Position numbers and translations under genes: made by a program. A stretch of DNA of 63,745 bases, the filler included, from Gonapodya sp. JEL0774 (lineage: Eukaryota): NCBI GenBank assembly GCA_027604505.1. It is 15 parts of 15 records of this genome, joined end to end, with 100 filler letters (N's around TTAATTAATTAA, not from the genome) between each part and the next. Parts side by side here need not be neighbours in the genome. Positions count along the whole stretch, not along the records: positions 34,157 to 38,307 come from JADIIX010001032.1; positions 38,408 to 42,552 come from JADIIX010001033.1; positions 42,653 to 46,797 come from JADIIX010001034.1; positions 46,898 to 51,042 come from JADIIX010001035.1; 11 more parts are not named here. The stretch is one strand, 5' to 3'. This document shows, one piece after another, positions 36,971 through 49,822 of this stretch (position 1 is the first letter of the stretch; each line of letters starts with the position of its first letter). The notes below the pieces were generated by a model. The model saw only the letters and a program-made list of their open reading frames with translations, had not been told where the DNA came from and searched no databases.

Positions 36971-38201
36971 TAAACAAGATAAGAATAGTCATGCTGTTCA
37001 TGAAAACAAATGGAAAGTTTCAATCAGTTTTGGATAATGTGCTTCAGAAAGACCACCACTATACCAGAACCAATCAGACAAGGATTGTTAAATCAGTTGA
37101 AGGCAATGTCACACAATCAGCATTCAAACTGGGAGAGGAAGGGTGAGAAGGGAGGTGCATTTCACTTCAGGTTGACACCAACCATCTCTACGCATCAGCG
37201 CGGCACTAATTGATAGTTCAGGTTCTGTCTCTGAAAACGGGAGTGTCCTGCTTGTTGCAGTCAAAAGTGATATGAAAAAGGTAGTGTACCTCTTGTTCCA
37301 ACCGAAATACGATGTGAATGGAAGTGCAAATGGTGAACGGCACTCTGTCGGCAAATTGGAATTTTCGCCGGGATTTTCAAACATTATACGCTCAAGTGCA
37401 AAAATGCATCGTTTTCCAATAGAATACAGTCAAAAATAAACTACAGTACTAATTTGAGATGGCTCTAATACCTGCTGCATCTGGTGCCACTGGAAAACAA
37501 TAAATCACTCATACAATGTCAACTCACAAAATCATGTGCATGCTGTCCATTATGCTGTAAAACGCACGTTGTGCTGATATCCTACTGCTCACTTGAGGGT
37601 TGCTCAGGTGATAAACTGCGCGGCAAGTGAAGTGGGAGCGCAACCAAACAAGCAACTCACCTTTCTCCGCTTGGAAACACGTATCCTGTAGCTCTACACA
37701 ACATTTCGATTCCTTTTCTTCATTTGAGATGTCCTCATGGCCCCGTGTGGGGTCATTTGAGGAGCGCCGTGGGCATTTTCATTCTGAAGTCACGTCATTC
37801 CTTCGCACACAGAAGTGCGAAGCTACCCATGCCACAATTGTTTCATTTTAATACGAAAGAGCGGGGGGAATAGAGCCACGTAGCTTATGGCGCCATTACT
37901 TGGCGACATAAGTAGCTTTAGAATGTTCGTGACAAGAAGGCATTGTGAGACACTCACCTCCACTTCCATCCTCCGGTCCTATGAACACCTCCAATAAAAT
38001 CCTCGTAATGAGCATGTTCCATGCTTGCCTGGAGCCATTCCCCATTCCCCGAGGTAAATTGAACAAGAACGCCAATCGCTCGCACAATCCTAGTGTGGTA
38101 AGAGACAGTAATGGTCATTGTAGGAAGGAATGCGTGGAAATTGTTAAGGATATATGTTAAGGATAAAAGAGAATCCAGCACTCTGCCCCTGTACAGGTTT
38201 T

Positions 38202-38275
38202 GCCCCCATAGCTTAACAGGTTATGAGCCCGGACTGCTGACAGAGAGGTCACATGTTCGAACCCCAGTGGAGGGA
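38202..38275 (+). ncRNA. Degenerate tRNA-like / SINE-head-like Pol III cassette (not a functional tRNA)
   Basis: A box TAGCTTAACAGG at 38209, paired D stem GCTT/GAGC, AGGTC variable loop and B box GTTCGAACC at 38255, all at tRNA spacing. Anticodon and T stems do not pair. Confidence 0.5.
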
Positions 38276-39071
38276 TATTTTCCAATGTGGTGGCATGCAA
38301 AACTATGNNNNNNNNNNNNNNNNNNNNNNNNNNNNNNNNNNNNNNNNNNNNTTAATTAATTAANNNNNNNNNNNNNNNNNNNNNNNNNNNNNNNNNNNNN
38401 NNNNNNNGTTCGCCGGGCAACGGGGGAAGTCCAAGACCAAACTCGCAATCTGGGTATGAAGTTGGAGAGCTGAAGCTCGACATAGTTTGCTGTGGGTAAA
38501 AATAGGAGGGGGTTTGCTGTAGTCTGGAGGTTGCCTGAATCTTTACTATTATTAGATTTTATTGTTCGCTGTTTTGTCTCCTCATCTGCGAACACACCGA
38601 TCAAAACACTCCAAATCAAGGGCCAGACAGCGAAGATTAATGTTTTCTGACAGCTCGCTCGTGAAAGACTCCTGGATATATGCTTAACCACATCTCACGT
38701 CGAAGGTTCCTCGTACTATTTCCACCCCGTAGCAAGCAGAAACTGGAATATCTGGACTGGTCAGATGTGGCGGCCTTCTGTGTAATAAATCAAAGTTTCA
38801 CCCATTCTTCCGAACCTGTAGACACTTTGGCACCTCATGCAAATAAAAACCATCTCTGAGGTTTCGGCCGAACGATGTGGAATGGCCTTCTCACCAGAAT
38901 AAATACAGGTTGCCGTGGCCTGCATGGTGGCCCACTCGCCCAAGGCCTGAGCGCAGTCTGTTTCAACCGTTCCCCACCTTCTTTACCTTGAAACCAAATT
39001 TCAACCGAACATCAAAGTCGTTTGACTCTTTTACTCAAATCACCGTTGCAAGTGAATTTCGTGAGTCGTCG

Positions 39072-41758
39072 ATGTCGCAAGATTCAACCGGCCCAGACCT
39101 CACGTTGGAGTCTCCCAGTTGCGTCACTCGCCCACCCGCGTTCCCATCGTCAACACCGAAACTCCAGCGCATCTCCGCGCCATCTTCGCACACACTTTCT
39201 GCATCGACTGCGCTCTCTCTCGCCCGCAGCTGCTGTGCCACCCATCGTTCCGCCTGCGCTTCTCCGCTCCCTTCAACTCGTGTCCAGCGACGACGTCACC
39301 ACACAAAGGCGTCGGTCGTTTCGCTTCAGCAATTTCAATCTTTCTTCTTCACCATACCTTTCAACGCTAGACTCAATCATGTCCTTCGGCATCATCGCGC
39401 AGGAAGAGAAGAAGTCCCACGGAATCAGTTCCCAGCCACAACAACCACCATTGGCAGCCTCACTATCACTGAGTTGCTGTTGCTCCTCACTAACGATAAC
39501 AAGTATACCCGCAATGCCACCCTCGCTGCACTCGCCGCGATGCTCGTCGCATTTATCTCTCATCCCGCGCATGGGGCTGACCTCCTCGGTGCACAGCGGC
39601 TTTCAAGGGTCCCCGTTAGCAATTTGAACGACAACGGCATGGAGGATGTGCAGGGTGGTGTGGACTCTGGTGCAGGTGAGTCTGTTGCGCGAAGCGAGCG
39701 ATCTCCTCTCCCCTGCGAGATGGAGCCTTGCGTCAAAGGGGATCCAATGGTCTTCGCACATGCAGCGAGATCTTGGAATGTAGATAAGGATTAATCTGTC
39801 AGAGACTTATCCCCAATACGACGCATTTGGACACATTGAGTTCAAAAGGAGCGTCACAGTCACTTTCGTCCGCCAGATGCGTTTGTTGATTTCGAATATG
39901 CATTTCTTCGAAATTCTTTGCCTTTTTCATGCTGCATGTGCAAACACCTGCATTTGTTTTTGTTGCAAGTCACAATTTTCATGTTGCTTGTTTGGACTGA
40001 GCCCTCGCGAGCTCAGCCCGTCTGAGGCTTTGTCTAACCAATCTCTGTCTCGCCTGAAACCCTTTTTTATCCTCACTTACCCGTGCCACCGTGCCACCCA
40101 CCGGGCCCAAACACCACACCCGTGACCTCATCCCACAGCAACCACAGCGCCGGGCGCCTCACCATCTGTCTCCTCCGCAGCCACTGCTTCCGACACGACA
40201 ACTTTATCGCCGGTTCTCGGTACTTTACTTGACAAACTCGATTCAATCGCGGCATCTGCATCGACCACGGACGCACTCGGCGACGTGGTTGACGCTTCCG
40301 CACACGTTCCGGCCTCCGTTGCTACGCCGGCAGCCCGAACACACCTGCCCGCCCAGCTCTCTCTCAAGACCCTCTTTGAAGCGTTCACCACCCTCGATAC
40401 CGAGTCGATCTACTCTGGTGTGGACTCGCCGAGGCCCTTCACACCCGTTCTTCCCCAGCACATCGCAACGGGACCGTACCTGCACCCCGCGCACGACACC
40501 ACATTGGCGGACCACTGGGCTATGTCACTCGATCTTTCCACGTTGGCCGAGTTGGATCTCGACCTCGGCAGGGCCCTTGCGTTCGATATGGAGGCCGCTG
40601 CTGCTCCCATGCATATTGGCCAGATCGACTCCACATTGGCGGCCACAGGCGCATCTCAGACGATTGATGTTGCTAATTTCGATGCATCCAATGCATACGA
40701 GCTGGACTCTGCGGCGATTCAGTATGGTATCGCGGCAGCTCTCCAAGGTGTCGCTATGGAGGAAATCTGCCCCTCGCCCCCCTCCCCAGCCGCCGACCTC
40801 CCTAACATTTGCCCAGTCACCAGCCTCCACAACCCAACAAACCTGCCCTTGACACTTGACCCCGCTGCCGAGTACGCACTTCTTCTCGACCTGGCCGACA
40901 GGTTTGGGTTCGACAAGGCCGCTGCCGGGGTGGTGATGGACGCGATGATGATGGACCGAGCTGAGAACGCACCCGAGGGTGGTTCGGTGGTGGATGTGGA
41001 CGCTGTGCAGGTGAAGAGCGAGCCAGTGTTCGGTCACGACGGCAATGGAGTGTTCAGGTTCGATGGATGTGCTGAGGGGATGCAAGTAGGATGGGAACAG
41101 GCACCTCCACCACTTCCCACCGCATCGTCGTCTACTACTGCGACAGTAACCCCGCTTAGAGTTCGCGTCACTCCACCCACCGCACGCAAGTCCCGATATG
41201 CGACAGCCCGCCGATCTCCTTCCCCGTCTCCATCACCGTCTTCCACTTCTTCCTCCTCGTGGTCCTCTCATGGTCCGAATACCGGCCCTATCCGTCTCTC
41301 CCGTGCCCGAATCAAACCTCCCTCTTCAAAAGAAGGTCGAACCTTTGTGTGCGCCACCTGTGGCTGGGCGTTCAAGAGGCCCCACAATCTGACCAACCAC
41401 GAAAAGACCCACAAGGCAGCGGAGGAGCGCGCGGAGTATAGATGCGGGAGCGGCGGGTGTCAAAAGACGGTGAGTTGTCGGGTGTCCTGTGAGCCGGATG
41501 CACAAGATTTCTCACCCGTTCTGCTTGGACTCCTCAGTTCACCCGCCCCTACGATCTCGCCCGCCACGAGAGGGTCCATACTGGGGACAAGCCATACGGA
41601 TGCGGGTACGTTGCATCTTCGTTTGCTCTAGGACGTTCGTGATGACGATTCTGATGCGATCTCGACTCTTTTTGTTATCGCACAGGTCTTGCGGAGAGAA
41701 GTTTGCAAGGCAGGATCGGTATAGGGCGCATGTGAGGGACGGATGTGGGGGCCGTTGA
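39072..41758 (+). CDS. C2H2 zinc-finger transcription factor (3 C-terminal fingers, multi-exon, start uncertain)
   Basis: FVCATCGWAFKRPHNLTNHEKTH, YRCGSGGCQKT|FTRPYDLARHERVHTGDKPYGCG|SCGEKFARQD. A phase-compatible intron lies at about 39676-40138. Confidence 0.85.
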
Positions 41759-42652
41759 GGGGACAAGAACCCTGGGAAGCCAGGGAGAGGATGATATGCA
41801 GGTTCGCTCGGTGAGGGGATGCAAGGTGAAGATGGGAAGGATTCACATACTGTGCGCTCTTCGCGAGGGGGCGCGTGATGACGAAGTTTAACGTGGACTA
41901 TGTTGACCTTATTGGTCGAGGGTTCTACTGCAGAGGGATCGACTTTCCGTCTTATCATGCTGTTATACGTTTTCTTTTCTCGTTTCATTTCCTCTGCGAT
42001 TTGTCGATATTGTAGCTATTTTTCGTTGGGAGAGGAGGATGTACTTTTGGCTTTTCTAGTGTGAAGGGGACTCTTGACTACATAATCAGGGTGATATCAT
42101 ACAATACAACGTCGATAACACAATTGGAATGTGCTTGCGTTTACTTCGATGACCATCCAAGCTGGCTGAATTTGTTGCCGATTGATTGACCGCCTGGTTG
42201 TCGACATCATCTAGCTATGTATGCACGAAATTGATAGACCCCGCTCAAGATCGCCCACATGAATGATGCCTCTTGACATGGCAGCTCTGCGCTGCCCTTG
42301 AACGTAACTAATATAGCTTTCACCTCAATGAGAGTGTGCATCATCATTAAGTTGGCCATTATAACATCACAATGAAATCGTCCGTTTGGAGTTGTCGCAA
42401 TGTAAATTCACAGTACTATCACAAATAACGAATACAGGGATACAAAGCAGTGCTGGTACATGCACAGGTGAACGGAAGCGGCGTTCGAAGCGCGCCGGAT
42501 GCAAAATTATCGGTGTGTGCGAGCCGGCAAAGCCAATTTCAAAGAAAGAACGNNNNNNNNNNNNNNNNNNNNNNNNNNNNNNNNNNNNNNNNNNNNTTAA
42601 TTAATTAANNNNNNNNNNNNNNNNNNNNNNNNNNNNNNNNNNNNNNNNNNNN

Positions 42653-43960
42653 CGCTTACTGATGTCTCAAAAATTGTGGAGCTGGGAGGTCAAAAAAAGA
42701 GCTATCACCGCATTGGCTGCTTCGGCAATGGCAGGCGCCATTGTGGGGGTGGGAGCAGGGGGGGCCCCACTGGGGGTGGTCGGTGTCAGGGAGGTGTGTT
42801 GGGTGGAGGCGGATGAGGATGCGGTGGGGTTAAATGTGGTTGTGCTCCCCTGAGCTTGTACCCCGGTTTGACTCTGTGCAGGCGAGGTGTCGCCTGTGTG
42901 GCTGACTGTCCCAGCAATACCGGGACCATCCTCCGCATGGTGGTGGCAAATGCCTCCATTATTGTCATTGGGGTGAATGCAGGTCCTGTTCCATCCCTCA
43001 TTTCCAGCTGTCCTGTCTGTGCATGCGTTCTTCTGGAAGGTCCCGCAGGTGGCAACCCCAACGCCCCTCCTTGCGAGGGGGCCAGTATCCCAGTTGTGGG
43101 CCACCATGTGCCCTAGCCGGTCCCTGTTCCCATCAGTAGAAGTCCCCCTTCTGCAAATCCTGCTCCATACAGCGATTGTTCCATAGAGGGCAGTGTTGCG
43201 GTGTACATCTGTTGCGCTCCCCACTGTGTTGGTAGATACACCGGCACACCAACCGTGGGGTGTCCCACGTTGTGGGGGGCACGTTGTGCCCAGTACTGTT
43301 GTACTGGGAGAGGTTGGGCGGGTGTCTGCGCATAGAGGGGTTGTGCGGGCGAGAAGGAGGGTGCTGCTGGTGCGGTGGGGTACGGGGTCAGTGCCTGGCC
43401 TGTCCCCTGGTGGCCCCGCAGTGGACCTGGCGGAGGCAGTGGCTGCCGCCACGATGCTTGCGGTGGGGTGGAGCCAGCTCGTTGACCGTAAGGGCCCTGG
43501 TATCTGTAGTTGTGTGGTTGTTGACCAGATGTAATCTATCCAATTGGGGGCAATGCCGGGTGCTTTCAAGAGAGGAGAACGAGGCGATTTAGAATCATGG
43601 TCGCTCAGGGGGTGCAGATGGCGGTGTGGGGCTTCAAGTCGGATTTTGGGTCTGGGACAAGAAGCCAATAGCAGTAGAGAAAACTTTTTTAGTCCGACTC
43701 AACTGATCCGTGGATTCAGATGCCGGCAATGTAGAGAATGTAGAGTTTGATTCCAATGTCGGATCAGCTGTGTTGCGGCAGGAAGCACGCCAATGCGAGT
43801 GGCTGTAGGACAATAGGCAGAGAGAGAAAAGAGGCGGGGGAGGTGGGGACGGCTCACACGCGGATTGGGTGGAGATATGAGGTGGTTGAGAGCGATTTGA
43901 GGGCCTGATTGTCTCAGGGGGTGTGTGCAGGAACACGGCCGTGTCCAACGCATGACAACA
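42653..43960 (-). mobile_element. Probable 5' end of a degenerate LTR retrotransposon (putative LTR about 43757-43960, gag-like Pro/Thr-rich ORF)
   Basis: TG...CA-bounded segment of about 200 bp followed by a degenerate tRNA-Met-like PBS (TGGAATCA), then the low-complexity ORF 42667-43668. It abuts and truncates the Copia fragment. Confidence 0.4.
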
Positions 43961-44598
43961 AAGAGCAATGGGGGCGCAATCAAACTGCTAGATTCAATCA
44001 GGATGTCAATTTTAGGCAACTTGTAATTTCCCTCAAGCAATTAGCTGGAATTCGGGCAAGCAAGAACAGCCAACTGATTCGACAACATATGCTGAATTTG
44101 TCTCTCAGCATAATGCAGTGAAGGAACTTTTATGGCTCAAGAATATTTTCATGGAACTTGGACAATCTTTGCAAGATAATATTGATGTGAGTGGAGAGGG
44201 GAAACCAGAAGATTTATTTGGTAACAATAAAGGCGCAATATCTTTGGTGCATAATCAGAAGAAACATAACATGACCAACACTTCGAGGTTAAATACTTCT
44301 CTGTCTGTGAAGAGATCAAGAAGAAAACTCTTCAGTTGCTCTACATTCCTACAAGACAGAATACTGCTGATCTTTTAAATAAGTCCTTGCCAAAGGAAAC
44401 TTTTGAGAAACACCAAGCCTCTATGGGAATGGCTGATGTCAGTGATGGATCATGATGCTCATGATCAGGGGGAGTGTTGGACATAAATGATGTTGTGTGT
44501 GTGCTATATATTTGTATGATAGACCACCGCACATAGACAAGTGCGCCGATGTGTAATATACCAAGTTGCCCACATGATGCATTACCTGTATTTCAACA
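43961..44598 (+). mobile_element. Ty1/Copia 3' end: RNase H remnant, PPT and short 3' LTR
   Basis: AISWNSGKQ...STTYAEF, KELLWL, NNKGAISL, H.MT/KHFEVKY and YIPT.QN.ADLL.K.L. PPT AGGGGGAG at 44467-44474. LTR TGTTG...CAACA at 44475-44598. Confidence 0.88.
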
Positions 44599-45700
44599 CC
44601 CTGCTGAGAGTTTTTCTTCCTAGAACAATTGCACGCCATGTGGCTGTACTGCCCACACTTGCTGCAGTTGCTGGGAAGAGGTTTGGAATTGGAGCCTGGC
44701 TTACCGGACCAAGGTGTGTTGTGTGTGCTTGAGAATGCTTTGGTGCCAATCTCATCAGCCTTGCCACCTTCTGCCACTAACTGATGTTCCCTATCAATCA
44801 GCATAGTCCTCAGGTCCTTCATCAAGAGCTTCCTGTGCTTCCTGAACTCAGCCAAACCAAGTTGGAGACCTGCTGGAAAGCTGGCACCAACCCACTTCAC
44901 CTCGGTCACATTGTAATCACGCCCTTGCACATTGCAGAGCTGGCGGATCACACTATTCTTCTGTTGAATATTTGTGACGTTGTGCACTGTTGTTTGTACT
45001 ATATGTGTATACGAGATTAGCCGTAGAACATAGATGAGTGTGCTGGCGTGTCATATACAGAGTTACACACAGGAAGGCACCTGTATTCTGACACCTTCTT
45101 GGAGAGGTCTGTAGTGATTGTCTCATCCTGCAGGCCAGAGTTCTCAGTCAAGAGGAATTGTGTGTAATGCAAAGTTGGGTCGGACTGTATCAAGGTAGAT
45201 GAGGTGGGAAGTGCATTTGACAGGATCGGAAGATAAGTGCTCTCATATTGCAGACAACAGGGATTCATCGACCACTGCCATTAACAGTACTTGCCCCATT
45301 CGGTCCTTTACCAGACATGGATGCAACTCACTAACCCTCAGTGGTGCAATGGCATGCGTGGTGGTGACAGCAGCAGCAGGGATTGGTGGAGATGCGGTGG
45401 TAGTGGGCACATTGGTGAGGGACCTGGGAACCGCTGCCAGGGGCTTTGGCACTGTCTATTGAATGTACTCTTGTGTGCCTTGCTGCAGTGCAAAGAAGTT
45501 GTCTAAACCTCCTCTGATCTTGAGCCGGTGGTTGGCGGTGAATTTGATGGGTTCCCACCAAGCATTGCTGTAAGTGAGTTTAGAGTGCTGTAAATGTGTG
45601 ATCAGTCTCCTGCAATGACAGCTTGTCTGGCGTGGTCAGGCAGAGGTTCCCCTGTAATGTAGTACTGATCTTGTTAAGAGTCACTCAATACACTTAGTGT
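44599..45700 (-). pseudogene. Retroelement gag remnants with CCHC zinc knuckle
   Basis: CSKCGQYSHMACNC (CX2CX4HX4C). The frame is cut by the Copia LTR at 44598. The region is CpG-poor. Confidence 0.65.
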
Positions 45701-47585
45701 CTCTGAACTTATATAGTCTAACCCTTGGCCTGTTTTGTAATGTCCTTGAAGTACGTAAAGAGAAAATATTCCCCGAAGTCCTAAAGTCCATCGGGTGTTT
45801 TGGTCTTACCAAAAGGTGTTGTTTGTGTGCAGTCCAAGCTGCAACTTCAAACAGGCTGTGGTCACAGACCATCACATACCACAACTAAATACTACACACA
45901 ACACCATAAATATATATCCAACAAGTACACACTATTTGACATATATCCAACAGAAATGGAAACACAGACTTTGCAAAAATTACTCTGTGAAAACGAAATT
46001 CAAACAAAGTACACAGTAGGCTTAATCTAGTATAAACTTCTGAAGAAACTGCTGGTCAGTCAGGTTCAGGTGAACTTCAAAAGTGTGTTCTGTAGGATCC
46101 CTTGGAACTTTAGCCAACCCTTCAAGCACTGCCATCCTCCCTCCTAAGACAACCTCTTCTCTGAACCCATACTGGGGAGCATCAACTTCCCAACTACCAT
46201 CCATTACAGCAAATGGAAGAAGGGTAAATCTATCAGGAAGAAGGCCAAAAAATTGACCTATTCTTTTTATTAAGGTGTGAGCCTCCTTCTCTGTGTTGCA
46301 TGAAAAGCGCACAGAGGTGCCAACAAATCTTGGTTGTTTGTTATCTTCTAAGTTTTGTGATTCTTTGAAGAAGAAAACAACATTTGACCACTACAAGAGT
46401 TGGTTCCTTAACTCAAGTTTGTGACACCTAGTTAACGTTTCCTCACCTCATCATCTGCACCTTCAGAATTGCCACTAGAGCAGAATGTAAACACAAATGA
46501 TGGCATCAGGAGAGTAAATCTGCTTTCCTCAATGAGACCACCAATGAGGGTGACACTGGAAACACAAAGTATGCAACACAGCAATCTTTATGAATGGGAA
46601 GTTCAAAGTAGGATTTGGACTTACAACCAATAGACACAATCGTAGTTCTTTACTTCATCTGCCACTGGTAAGTTCCCCTCTTGGAGATATATATGTTCAT
46701 CATCATTCTCAAACTGGGAGGCATGCACTGAAGGGAAGTAGAGATAAAGCTAGTGAGATGATGACATCCAATAACAGGTACAAGAAGTTCATTTACANNN
46801 NNNNNNNNNNNNNNNNNNNNNNNNNNNNNNNNNNNNNNNNNTTAATTAATTAANNNNNNNNNNNNNNNNNNNNNNNNNNNNNNNNNNNNNNNNNNNNCAA
46901 GAGCGAGGCTACCGCTTCGACGGAGACAATTCAGGAAACCTCACGGCGCGTAAGTTGCGATGGATCCTTCGCTCGGACGTGTGAAACTACAATACGTTAT
47001 CTTCCTTCCGTGTTCAGTTGTTGTCCCGAAAGAACGCGACACTCTGAGCAAAAGACATAATATGTGCCATCACTGGTGACTGAGTATGGCATTTGAGTGA
47101 AAGTTGGTACGATATGATTAGGGAAGAGGATCGGAAGGTTTGGAATGATCTGCCGACCGGCAAAACTTCCGCCCTCACACCATCGCATGTCCGGCAATTC
47201 GATTTTTGTCTCCGATTATCGCATGAAAATCAACTCGCTACAGGGACAGATTCGGTGAGGTTGCGCCCAGGTGGAGTTCATTTCGGGCAAGCCATTTTGG
47301 TCATCAGGAATCAGGGTCAGTGGAAGCTGGGGGCCTCTGTTACATAATCTTCGCTGGAGCTCATGACAGAGAATGCTAGTAAATATCGACTTGGTCCAGG
47401 ACTGTCCAATATAACGAGGTCGCGGAGGTTCTTTCCGCCGCACGGGTTTATTGTATATTGTTAGGTACTGCAGCGGCACCGATTTGTACCTGAATATTTC
47501 AGGTTCTCATTTTGCTTTTCATCCCCACAGAGACTCCAGATCACCGCATCGTCTTCAAATCGCGTGATTCTTTCACGATTCAAGA

Positions 47586-49511
47586 ATGATGCAAACTGCG
47601 ATGGACACTTGGCCCTCCGGTTCGCAATCCGCACCTCCTCCGGCGACTCGGCGACCCTTGTCGCCATACCGTCAGATCGACACCATCCCGAAGGAACCGG
47701 ATGAAAAGAACACTTCCCGACTCCATTCAACTCGCCAATCCGCCGTTACGGAGAGGCTGCGAGATTTCTTTGGGACGGAAGCGCCTGGCGTGCCCGACCC
47801 CTCTGCTCCCACATTGCTCTGGCTTTCCGCTACACTTTACGCAATTATAATTCTTGTTGCCGCTGTTGGACTCTTTGCTTACAGCTTTGCATTCCAGGTG
47901 AGACTTCCATCAGAACGCGACCAGATCTGTAGAAGGTAGTACCTCACAGTCCGACCTGCCGTCTATTTCCCAGGACTGTGGTTGGAAGCAGCAGGTGAAA
48001 ATCGCATTGCTAGGAGTCGAAGAATCAAAGCCCTGATACCACAAGCTTTCGTGCAAACAATCAGGTCTACGATCCGAGACCAGGCACATGCGGCTTTCGG
48101 GCAACCTCTGGCACCCGCGCAGAGGACCCTTCAGCAAGCGGAACAGCGACTAGAGGCAGCGGAGTAACCATAAAGTGGGTTACCTCCGTAAGCGAGTGAT
48201 ATCCAACAGTATTGGTGACTCTCGTGTTGGTCCCGTGGCCGTCTGATCAACTCAAACAGATACTCTTACGGTGGCCAAGGAGTTGTTCCCTTCTTTAAGA
48301 ATTCGACTTGCAGCATTATATTCGACAGGATTAATCTAGGGCCAACGGTTGATACCACAAAGAATGCCCTCAAAGTCAACCAGACTCGCGCGGGAATCGC
48401 AAACTTTGGAGTGAGTACCGGAGCATGCATGCACCGTCGCTCCTGGTCACCTTTTCGATTCCATTTCTGAAGTAATCACTTTGACCAACCCTCTAACCCA
48501 GTCGAAGTAAGTCCTGATACCGAGCAAGCTGTGACGCCCTCCCTGACGCAGCAGATCCGATATTATCGTGCACCGTTTTCCAGCGTGGGCGGGTCACCAA
48601 TGTACCAGTACCCCTCGATGACGTGTGGCGGCACCAACGGCTTCAACATCACGATATTTTCTGGTAGCCCGTTTCTTCCCGGAGTGGATGTTCCAGGGGG
48701 TGCCATGTTCGAGAACATTAGCGGGGGATTGGGTGAGTCCGGTATTTCCAGCGATCAGGGGTCGCTTTCGATGCGGGATTGGTTAACTTGTATTCCTCTT
48801 TCAAGATACTCTTTACAAAAAGTTTGGTGGCATCGATAGCTCTTCTGCTGTGTTTGACTCCCCACTCATCAGTTGAGTTCCTGTGTTCGACCATATGCAT
48901 GCGCGCGACCTGTAGTCCTCAACAAAGTCCTGACCACCTCATCACGATCGCGCCCGTTCCAATTCCCCCAGTAAAATCCCTCTTACTCTCCATCTACTTC
49001 TACGCCGACACCCGACCCACCAACTACCTCTCGAGCGTGGACTACATCTTTGGCCGCAAAGAGGGGTACACCATCGTCGCCGATTCCGTGGACGCCTTTC
49101 TCAACGGCGCCAACTACACCTCGGAGACTCAACAGGGTATTTTCAAACTCGCCGTCCGAGACGCCGTGGGCAAGGTGGTGCTCGACGCGAGTGCCCTCAG
49201 GAGATCCGTGGAGGCGGAGGTGGAGCAGTACTTGTTGTCGCAGGATACGTTTTGGTGCTACTCGTGTGGGAACTGGTGAGTGGGTTGGGGGACGATTGGT
49301 GGATGCGGACAATCTTTGCCGCGCATGGGGTGCGCGCATGTGGACGTACTCGAAACGACGGATCTGATCTGATCCTCTGGCCGGTTCCAGGAAATGGTAC
49401 GACTCCCTCTTCTTCATGGGCCCCAACGTGAGCACCCTCTACGACCTGCTGGCGTCCTTCTTCCCCCTCGTGCTGGGGTGGATCGCTGCAGTTGGCGCCC
49501 GCCGAGCCTAG
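47586..49511 (+). CDS. Hypothetical two-TM protein with a large putative extracellular loop (multi-exon)
   Basis: TM1 LLWLSATLYAIIILVAAVGLFAYSFAF. Several N-x-S/T sequons and Cys in the loop. C-terminal hydrophobic segment LYDLLASFFPLVLGWIAAV. GT-AG introns. Confidence 0.6.
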
Positions 49512-49822
49512 GACCTGCAGCTAGGTGGCTCGACACGGTTCTCATTCTCGAGTCGACTCTGAGCAGACGCGCTGGACTGGATGGGTAATCGGCCAACAAC
49601 TGTAAATTACGCAATCTAATTTATGGTCCTTATCTGGCTCGCAAAAGATCTTCCTGGTGTAAGCAGACGATCCTCACAAAAAACACAAAACTTATAGAAT
49701 AATACTGCAGATGTTCTAGATAATAGAAACCCTCGTTTTCCCAGAAGAGAAGCTGTGTGGCAAAACAGCCGCGACATACATGATAGTCCTGCGACGCCGG
49801 TGCGAACGCAAATCTGTCACGA

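Noticed and set aside
38202..38275. Functional tRNA-Ser(GCT) gene
   Set aside because: The anticodon and T stems do not pair, the acceptor stem has two mismatches, and there is no long variable arm.
46022..46312. 96-aa ORF, and also the short ORFs at 18750-19113 and 46997-47479
   Set aside because: No recognisable motif or consistent exon chain, so a gene call is not supported.
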